Assembly (NCBI RefSeq): GCF_964204645.1 | Contig: NC_134027.1 | Span: forward strand, 4,000,485-4,064,484 | DNA length: 64,000 bases | Direction of reading: 5' to 3' | From: Tubulanus polymorphus | Taxonomy: Eukaryota > Animalia > Nemertea | In this document: piece after piece, positions 26,635-36,900 of the stretch | Numbering within the stretch: position 1 is the first letter of the stretch | Layout: the number at the start of each line of letters is the position of its first letter | Translations under genes and position numbers: made by a program | The notes under the pieces: generated by a model | Told to the model about the DNA's origin: nothing | What the model saw: the letters and a program-made list of their open reading frames with translations, nothing else | Database searches by the model: none

Positions 26635-27596
26635 CTTGTAGAATAAAACCTTATGTCCTTATCTATCCATGAATACAACGGAAGTGATGATACTAGCAGT
26701 ATGTGCACATGTATTTGTTAAAACATATCCATCTATGCAGATGAATTGTTACGAAGTTACAATCAATATATTCAGGTAGTTCTCTTGGTAATTGATATCT
26801 GGGTAGTGTTTATTGCCAAGAGCTCAAAATCATTTTATAAAGAATGTTGCCGCAAGCAATGACGTTTTCAGTAGCTGTACAAGTGATAATATCACATTTC
26901 CAGTCTAAATAAACTTTGTGAGTGCTGTTCCTGGAAAAACGAAATAATCTTAGATTTATTCTTCACTTATATTATCAAATATTGTTTTAAACAGCCAATT
27001 CATATTTTACTTATAGCGATTATGATTTTAAAAAGTTTGTCTACCAGTCGTGTTCCACGTACTGCGATCGATAATAACACGCCCATATATCAGAAAAAAA
27101 CCAATTACGACAAAAGCACTCCGTCCAAACACAATGAGCTGCGAGACCTTACATCTGCTATCAAATCTATATGAATAAGCCTTTCATTTTGTATTGATTT
27201 TCCCGAGCAACATGTTTTTCATATTCTGAATCTGAGAACTCTATGACCTGGAGTTTATTCTCTACCGGTATTCTCTACTCAATTCAGAGTTCTATGCTAC
27301 TTCCAATCAATTCATATTAGATAAACAAATAACGACCTATTGTAATATGTAGGAAACGGTACAGTGTTCTTTCAGTATATCAAGTAACATCTTGACTGGA
27401 TTCGACTCATATGATAAATAGATCTCAGTAGTAAACAAGTAATAGTACCGAAGTGTGCAGGAAAAACATTGTTTTTAGACGGTATACCTTCCCCAATATA
27501 GTTTTCATATTTTCATCAATTGCATTTTCTTTATTTGATTTCCCACTAGACGTATAGTAAACTGAGCATTCGCCATTTGCAAATTTAAATTTTGTA

Positions 27597-27946
27597 TCAT
27601 TTCACACATGGAAATGGATAAAGAAATATATAAGCGCACCATACGGTGACGTCATTGGCATTAGTCCAGCAAGTTATAAAAACCAAATGTTTGCGTCCGG
27701 ACCTAGAATCTCGATTTAATCTAATCGAAAAAAACCGATCTCTCGATAATTCTAATTTGTGAAGATATGTTTCAATTTTGCCGGACGACATACAAACTAC
27801 TGAGTAAGTTTAGAGCAAAATATTCAGAAAATTAGATTTCACCATTCTATATATACGATTGATTGCAAAAAAAACGGCAAAATAATTAATTTACCTTGCG
27901 AGAGTGCTACTGCTAAAACAATCGCTAACTTCATTGGTGCCTCCAT
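27597..27946 (-). CDS. Putative small secreted protein (3' structure uncertain)
   Basis: Exon 27946-27895 (MEAPMKLAIVLAVALSQ, AAG|GTAAAT) joins an acceptor at 27799 in frame (VVCMSSGKIETYL...). The ORF ends at 27597 unless it splices further. Confidence 0.45.
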
Positions 27947-28864
27947 TCTGAGAAACAGTTCAACTCGTTAGAAAATCCTCAACAAGCGCTTTCAATTCTA
28001 TGGCTGGCGTGGCTGAAACCCAACTGATTCTATATGATTGACTAAAATATAATCATTTTTATATATCGGCTATTTTTTCAACGAGATTGCCCGGATGAAG
28101 TGGAGCGGACGGGTATGCTGACTAGATCACGTGAGGATTCGATGTTTTGTTTAATTGAGTCATCTGTTGCCAAATCAATAACAGAAATAATCTTTCTCAG
28201 TCAAAAAAAAAATGTGTTCGCTAAATTTGTGTCCATACAAATATATATATTCTACAATCTATAATGATTTTGCATGGAAAAACCATACGTACCGCATACC
28301 TCATTATCTATGATATTCAGCAGAGATAGGTGGATAAATACGAGGATTATTGGAACTAATCCATCCGTGATTTAGAGGGAAGAGTGGTACATAGTAAAGA
28401 TTTTGATAATTATTATGAGGAGTTCTTTTAGAATATATCAGCTGTGATTTCATGCCAGAGTCTCCAACATTATGTGTTGCAATACGGGAAGTGTCACGCA
28501 TGAAGTTTGTGCCTCGGAACAATGCTATCATTGAAAACCCAATTTGAAAATTTATGAAACCTATTTCTATTGTTGTACGATTTTGGTATGTCATTCTTCT
28601 ATTGTACATGATCTATTGAATATTGTTAGATAATTGAAATGTTGAAAAGTCATTTTAAAATGATGTTACTGAAAAAGAGGACGCAGATACATGGATTGTC
28701 TGTGGCCTTCAGCAACATCCGTTAGATAAATACGTGAACGGTATTTTCCTACTTCGTTTATGTAATGAACGAGCAGTTTTATATCAATAATATCGTGATT
28801 ATAGATTTAGCGTCGATGATGTGAGACAATTTTGAGACTAATTTTACATCCAGAGAACCAATTC

Positions 28865-29035
28865 TCCCGGGAGTTCACCCCCGCTGGCCAGAGTTTGGAA
28901 CCACCTTTAACCCGATAACACTCTCGCATACCAGGGTACGAACCGGGCCTTTTACCCGGAGATGCACCCTCGCTTACCCTGGTTCGAACCGACCCTCAAC
29001 CCGAAGCTACCCGGGTGCTCAGGAGTCGGAACTGA
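28865..29035. repeat. Degenerate GC-rich tandem repeat with CCCGGG/GGTTCGAACC motifs
   Basis: Recurring (C)CCGG..TTCGAACC-like and AACCCG units. Confidence 0.45.
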
Positions 29036-29321
29036 GTTGATTTCTACCCAATAGAATTTCGTTGGTTTTTCATGCTGTATTTCTCGATAACCGTTCGCAG
29101 CGACGGCAGAAGATATTGATTGAGACTCGGTTTATTTACATTGCCTCGCCAAACGACTTTCTCTACGATTGATCATTTTTACGGTTATATTATTTACACC
29201 AAGTAAACTTCAATTAAATCAGAAAGATTTTGCGAATGAATCCGTCATTAAAGCTACACAACGCAACACATTCACTGTACCAACTGTGAACGGACTGATC
29301 GTTCATTTTAAAACGGCAACG

Positions 29322-30612
29322 ATGAAAATTAAACAACTAATCGTGCTAATTGCATCACTCACTGATCTTGCATCCCAATCTACAGGTAAGGGGTCTGTAG
29401 AATAGCTATATTACGAGTATTTATATCAGTCAAAGATAACAAATATAGAAATTTGACACCATTTTGGTTTAATTTGATCAATTATAAAGAGGTATTTCAG
29501 TGCTGAAACAAAAAAGAAGTAGAAACAAAATGTATAGGGGAAAGAAAATAATGATAAGCGCTCGCGGGGTCGGAGCGGTTTCCGGCCGCCCGATGCAGAA
29601 CTTTATGATATCATACGTACATTTGCTTTCTCTTTAGGCGAAATTCAATCGGTCAATGATGTGACGTATGTCGTATTAGCTGATACCTATTGTCCAGTAC
29701 CAGTAACTAAAACGTTAGACACATACATCACTGATGTTGCTAGCGCTTGCAATTCATCGTGTCGAGGATTTCTAATAATTGATTCCACTGGTTTACTCTT
29801 TACTGACGACGACTGCTGGACGAGTTTCAGCCATAAACCAGGCGCTACACTTTATCTCAAAATGAGTACGTTCAGAAGTCGATTTCGTAACAATTAGATT
29901 TCAAAATTATTCTAATCTATGCGTTAGACTATAAAAACCTGTCCCAGGTATAGTTTTCTTGTCGTTCAGGTTTTATACGGGTAAAACATTGATTAGTCAC
30001 TATTACCCCGTCGGAATAACAAATATTGGAAAATCACAAAAATTTACTGAGGTCAGGTTGACGTCCCGCGTGTGTTGGAAATCAGTGGCTTAAGATTGTC
30101 TTTAGAATTTCTATATTTTCTGTAGATATCACGGGATACAGCTTGAAAATAGATACAATTTGTGAGACACAAGAACTTGGCGAAATAAATGTATCCACTC
30201 CACTACAATGTAAAAATATTTGTGATAATAATTCATATTGTGGAGGTTTCGTGTTTTATAAATCTCCAAATAATGTCTACTATCAGTGTTCGATAGAGCC
30301 TAAAACATGCGTTGGATCTACGACCAGCTACACCGGATACTTTTTGCAAATCAAAGGTAAAAAAGATTCCCGTTTATTGAGATAATAATCAACCTCCAAT
30401 GAAGTTTGCTCCGTTTTCTATAATCTACGACGTTAAAGGTATGGCTCTTACTGGTAGAGGTTCGAACCCAATACCCCCGATGACGAATCCCGGCCGTCGA
30501 TTAAGGTAGGTTTGTTTCAATTTCAAGTTCAAACTCTGATGAAATACTCATGACATAAATGAGTTGAGCGCGAACTCTCGCTTCAGATCATGAAGTGAAT
30601 CTCCTGTTTTGA
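29322..30612 (+). CDS. Small secreted protein with two PAN/apple-like Cys modules
   Basis: Signal exon 29322-29385 and phase 1-1 exons 29638-29865 (ACNSSCRGF) and 30126-30357 (CKNICDNNSYCGGFVF..C). Tentative last exon 30587-30612; AATAAA at ~30770. Confidence 0.65.
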
Positions 30613-30909
30613 ATTGCATGACGATTTAAGAAAGCGTGATTTATCGAGGCATTGGTCACCCGTGTCATCAAGAGAAAACGTATTTTGGTGTTGATAGACT
30701 TTGTTCTTTTTGAATGAATCTTTTTTCGTTATCATTGCGGTTTTTCTGGATTTTATTCAGTTCGTTTTCAATAAAACATTACCACTGTGCTGGCCCTTCG
30801 GGTCCTTTTGACGGGTGAGAGAAAATCTTTTGAAACTTTGTAAATGTGGGATTCGAACCGCATGTTGGAATTCCAGTACTGGCATGCGAGGAATATACAC
30901 TCTAGATCG

Positions 30910-30998
30910 TGTTGTGACGTATATTCGCGCCAATGGATGTAACCAATGAGGAGAGGGACCGCGCCCCTTCTGTTGTTATTTCATTGGTGGCTTTTTTT
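30910..30998 (+). promoter_or_regulatory. Probable promoter of the four-repeat CaaX gene
   Basis: TGACGT (CRE-like) at ~30916 and two CCAAT boxes (~30930, ~30944) in a CpG-richer patch upstream of ATG 30999. Confidence 0.4.
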
Positions 30999-33900
30999 AT
31001 GTTGGAAAGTGAATCGGAAGCGGATGACAATGACACGGTTCGTGGACTGAATAAAAAAGGTAACTTTTAAACGTCGTCGCATTCGAAATCGTACTATTTA
31101 TGTTTTTGATTGCGCTATTGTAGTACGCAGAATTAATCAGGCCTAATTAATTAGGCTAAATCTAGCCTACTTCATATTACTAGCACCATGTCTTTTTTCA
31201 CTATCCCCATTAAAGACTAACAGTTAACCCAACCGTACCAGTATCAATAAATGACGTCACTGTATGTAGATCTATGGTGGCGCTGAAGTCTTTTTTTAGA
31301 TATTTGCACAGGGACTTGACACAACAAAAGGATTTTGACCCCTATCCTAGATATAAAAAGACTTTTTATATATTGGAGTCATTCATTTACGTACGCATTA
31401 CTAATGCGAGGGGGAGGGGTCGGGTCCAGTCATCCTTATTACCGAGATGACGTATTTTACCGAGATCAACCGAGATGAAGAAATTAAATAGGCCTATGAC
31501 ATATTTATTGGCGCTATTGCACTTTCGTACCCCCCTCCCAAAAATTTTTATTTCAGCATATTTATTATCAGGGAGGTCTAGAGATTCAAAATCAGTAACA
31601 TTTGACCCAAAAAACTTACTTTTTCTCGGTTAAAATTTTGTTATTTTGGGCCCTAAATCGCGTGTAAATTCGCCGATTCGCGACGTCAACAACGCCATAT
31701 TGGATGTCAATCAAAGTTGCTAACCCTCCACTGAAATGTCATGACATAAAAACTTTGCAAAAACCATGTTTTCAAACATAACCATCTCTGAAAATAACGC
31801 GTATGATTGCATTATTTTCATACTTAGCTATTGATTTGAAGATGTACCGATGAAGAAAAGTTATGTACCCAAAAACGAAATTATGTCAATTCAATTCCAT
31901 TTATTGAGATATATTTATTCAGATGTTTTTAGGTGGTAATTAGTGCGGAAACATGGCCGACCCGTCGGTTTGAATCGAGGAAATCGGCCATTTAGGTCTG
32001 TCTGCAGAGTTTCCAGAACCTGTCATGTCAGGGCCCAAGACCTGACATGACAGGTGGGACCTCAGGTGACAGGTCGATTCGCTAAAATGAAAATCGTTAT
32101 GACTGAACCGATGATAGGCGATTAGAAGATATGATAGGCGCGGATTTAGAACAAATGATAGCCGATAAGAACACAAAGAACATATCGTAGTGCTTTCTGA
32201 ATATATTATTCAAAAACAAAAAACAAACTAGGATGTGTTATGAATTCATTTAAGAATTTATGTTTGTCCGTTTATAAAAAGTTGTTGAACTATATCGCCT
32301 TATGATAATAAAGATGGAATGATTGTGAATTATTGGAGAACATTGAACGAATTGTTTACAATTAATTTATTTTTTTGTAACACGAAACACAAAAATATCA
32401 AGATCAGGCAAAATGATACCAGTAGTGCCTTATGTAATCATAATCAGTATTAATAACAATCATTATACTCATTAAGATTAGGCCCTATATTATTATATAT
32501 TATTATTAATTACTCGCAATATAATTAATTAACCAAGTGTACATACAATTTAAAAACATTTCAGTCCAAGCTTATAAGTTGACATAGATAAATTAGACAT
32601 AACACTGATTAATTAGTGAGGCCTCACACGGCAACGTGCGCCATTTTGCAGAGCTTCGGGACCTGAGGTGACAGGTCTGCATTAAAACTGATGAAATGAA
32701 GGAAAACTTTAATTTTTATGGTCTCTTTATAGTAAAGAGTATAATATAAATTGGTTACCATGGATAGAATTAATCTTAAGTTACTATAAAACAATAATTT
32801 TGAAGCGAGACCTCACACGGCAGCTCGCGCCATTTTGCAGAGTCTTCGGGACCTGTGGTGACAGGTCTGCATTAAAACTGATGAAATGGAAAAAACTTCA
32901 CTTTTTATGGTATCTTTATAGTAATGAATATAATATAAATTGCTAACCATAGATAGAGTTAATCTTAAGTTACTATATAAAACAATAATTTTGAAGCGAG
33001 ACCTCACACGGCAGCTCGCGCCATTTTGCAGAGCTTCTCGAGACCTGTGGTGACAGGTCTGCATTAAAACTGATGAAATGAAGGAAAACTTTAATTTTTA
33101 TGGTCTCTTTATAGCAATGAATATAATATAAATTGCTAACCATGGATATAGGTAATCTTAAGTTACTATAAAACAATAATTTTGAAGCGAGACCTCACAC
33201 GGCAGCTCTCGCCATTTTGCAGAGTCTTCGGGACCTGTGGTGACAGGTCTGCTTTAAAACTGATGAAATGGAAAAAACTTTAATTTTTATGGTCTCTTTA
33301 TAGCAATGAATATAATATAAATTGCTAACCATGGATATAGGTAATCTTAAGTTACTATAAAACAATAATTTTGAAGCGAGACCTCACACGGCAGCTCGCG
33401 CCATTTTGCAGAGTCTTCGGGACCTGTGGTGACAGGTCTGCATTAAAACTGATGAAATGGAAAAAACTTCACTTTTTATGGTATCTTTATAGTAATGAAT
33501 ATAATATAAATTGCTAACCATAGATAGAGTTAATCTTAAGTTACTATATAAAACAATAATTTTGAAGCGAGACCTCACACGGCAGCTCGCGCCATTTTGC
33601 AGAGCCTTCGGGACCTGTGGTGACAGGTCTGCATTAAAACTGATGAAATGAAGGAAAACTTTAATTTTTATGGTCTCTTTATAGTAAAGAGTATAATATA
33701 GATTGCTAAACATGGATATAGTTAATCTTAAGTTACTATAAAACAACAATTATGAAGCGAGACCTCACACGGCAACGCGCGCCATTTTGCAGAGCTTCTC
33801 GGGACCTGTGGTGACAGGTCTGCATTAAAACTGATGAAATGGAAAAAACTTTAATTTTTATGGTCTCTTTATAGCAATGAATATAATATAAATTGCTAAC

Positions 33901-36900
33901 CATGGATATAGGTAATCTTAAGTTACTATAAAACAATAATTTTGAAGCGAGACCTCACACGGCAGCTCGCGCCATTTTGCAGGGTCTTCGGGACCTGTGG
34001 TGACAGGTCTGCATTAAAACTGATGAAATGGAAAAAAACTTCACTTTTTATGGTATCTTTAAAGTAATGAATATAATATAAATTGCTAACCATAGATAGA
34101 GTTAATCTTAAGTTACTATATAAAACAATAATTTTGAAGCGAGACCTCACACGGCAGCTCGCGCCATTTTGCAGAGCTTCTCGAGACCTGTGGTGACAGG
34201 TCTGCATTAAAACTGATGAAATGGAAAAAACTTTAATTTTTATGGTCTCTTTATAGCAATGAATATAATATAAATTGCTAACCATGGATATAGGTAATCT
34301 TAAGTTACTATAAAACAATAATTTTGAAGCGAGACCTCACACGGCAGCTCGCGCCATTTTGCAGAGTCTTCGGGACCTGTGGTGACAGGTCTGCATTAAA
34401 ACTGATGAAATGGAAAAAACTTTAATTTTTATGGTCTCTTTATTGCAATGAATATAATATAAATTGCTAACCATGGATATAGGTAATCTTAAGTTACTAT
34501 AAAACAATAATTTTGAAGCGAGACCTCACACGGCAGCTCGCGCCATTTTGCAGAGCCTTCGGGACCTGTGGTGACAGGTCTGCATTAAAACTGATGAAAT
34601 GGAAAAAACTTTAATTTTTATGGTCTCTTTATTGCAATGAATATAATATAAATTGCTAACCATGGATATAGGTAATCTTAAGTTACTATAAAACAATAAT
34701 TTTGAAGCGAGACCTCACACGGCAGCTCGCGCCATTTTGCAGAGCCTTCGTGACCTGTGGTGACAGGTCTGCATTAAAACTGATGAAATGAAGGAAAACT
34801 TTAATTTTTATGGTCTCTTTATAGTAAAGAGTATAATATAGATTGCTAAACATGGATATAGTTAATCTTAAGTTACTATAAAACAATAATTTTGAAGCGA
34901 GACCTCACACGGCAGCTCGCGCCATTTTGCAGAGCTTCTCGAGACCTGTGGTGACAGGTCTGCATTAAAACTGATGAAACGAAGGAAAACTTTAATTTTT
35001 ATGGTCTCTTTATAGCAATGAATATAATATAAATTGCTAACCATGGATATAGGTAATCTTAAGTTACTATAAAACAATGATTTTGAAGCGAGACCTCACA
35101 CGGCAACGTGCGCCATTTTGCAGAGCTTCTCGGGACCTGTTGTGACAGGTCTGCACTAAAACTGATGAAATGGAAAAAACTTTACTTTTTATAACCTTTA
35201 TATAGTAATAAGTATGATATAAATTGCTAACCATTGATAGAGTTAATCTTAAGTTACTATAAAACAATAATTATGAAGTGAGACCTCACACGGCAGCTCG
35301 CGCCATTTTGCAGAGCTTCTCGGGACCTGTTGTGACAGGTCTGCACTAAAACTGATGAAATGGAAAAAACTTTACTTTTTATAACCTTTATATAGTAATA
35401 AGTATGATATAAATTGCTAACCATTGATAGAGTTAATCTTAAGTTACTATAAAACAATAATTATGAAGTGAGACCTCACACGGCAGCTCGCGCCATTTTG
35501 CAGAGCTTCTCGGGACCTGTTGTGACAGGTCTGCACTAAAACTGATGAAATGGAAAAAACTTTACTTTTTATAACCTTTATATAGTAATAAGTATGATAT
35601 AAATTGCTAACCATTGATAGAGTTAATCTTAAGTTACTATAAAACAATAATTATGAAGTGAGACCTCACACGGCAGCTCGCGCCATTTTGCAGAGCTTCT
35701 CGGGACCTGAGGTGACAGGTCTGCATTAAAACTGGTATAAATTGAAAAAAAACTTCATGCTTTAAATTGATGATCAGTCTCAATAAAATCAGTTTCTATA
35801 TTGCATTCGGCTCTTTTACATGTACATCATAAAGACAATGAATATAAATAGTGAGACTTCATGACTGATGACAGTGAGGAGTGTTGCCGAACTGTGATAG
35901 TGAGCAGTTAATTTTCAGTGTCTTATTGCGGAAACGAAATATCAAGACCTCGATTCATCTAGCGAAAATATTCTCTTATAATGTGCTCTTACTTCTACAT
36001 TAATTAATTCATCTACTAAATTAAAACTTATTTTTTTCCCTTAAATAAGTCATAGTTTACACATTAATATTTTCTTCTTATAAATCAGCCTTTCAAATGA
36101 ATTATTTGTCAGAACATTTTCCTTATCGTTATTGTTGAATCATTTTCGATATTAACGACGGGTCAGAATATTCATTCAACTCAAAATGTTCTTCCATTCG
36201 TCTAGCACATGTCTAGATATTTCGCCGTTTCGTCAAATATTGTCATGAGTTTGGGTTTTTTCGGGACCTGACATGACAGGTTCTGGAAACTCTGCAGACA
36301 GACATCAATCAATCGGCCCCAAATTATCAGAATTTTGGCTTGGAAAAAATTATTTTTTTTTGTCAAAAGTAATTTATTTTGGTAAGATTCAAGAATAGGG
36401 GACTAGTGGTTAGGATTAGGATTAGGATTAGGGTTAGGGTTAGGTTTAGTTCCCTAATCATCATTAATTACTATATACATTACTATCATTATATATCATC
36501 ATTATCAATTACTAATATTATTACTTAATTGATTACTATCACTACATATATATTGCTATAGTCCCCTATTCTTGAATCGAATGAAATTTTATTGCTAACC
36601 GAGTTTACGTATTTGAAGTCAAAATTTTTTTAAATAAAAAAAATATGTAAAATATGATTCTAGAAGGTATTTATTACTGATATAACATGATTTCAAGTGT
36701 CAAAATCGATAAGGAATAAATAAATATGCTATATTTCATTTCATCTCGGTTCGTCTCGGTTCATCTCGGTAAAATACGTCATCTCGGTAATAAGGATGAC
36801 CCCAGGGGTCAGTGCGTACTGTAATCGATCGGTTTGGCTGCCACTCGTTATCCTCCTGATCTGAGTATGGGTTGAAGTTAGTCTGAATACATTACCAGTC

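Larger units (their letters stand above)
31429..36800. mobile_element. Outer non-autonomous TIR element (~5.4 kb including nested inserts)
   Basis: 38-bp TIR GTCATCCTTATTACCGAGATGACGTATTTTACCGAGAT at 31429 and its exact reverse complement ending at 36800, with extra ACCGAGAT subterminal repeats. Confidence 0.85.

Noticed and set aside
30843-30908. tRNA gene (GGTTCGAATCCCAC on the minus strand); similar B-box motifs at 16550, 28981, 30459 and 63822
   Set aside because: No convincing cloverleaf or A box; at most tRNA-derived SINE remnants.
32813-35647. Series of minus-strand ORFs (MFYSNLRL...)
   Set aside because: These are translations of the satellite, whose unit length is mostly not a multiple of 3.
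32622-35750. Satellite as a hammerhead retrozyme array (CTGATGA...GAAA in every unit)
   Set aside because: Only AATG or AATGAAG lies between CTGATGA and GAAA, so there is no stem II, and I found no stem I pairing. An Infernal scan would settle it.
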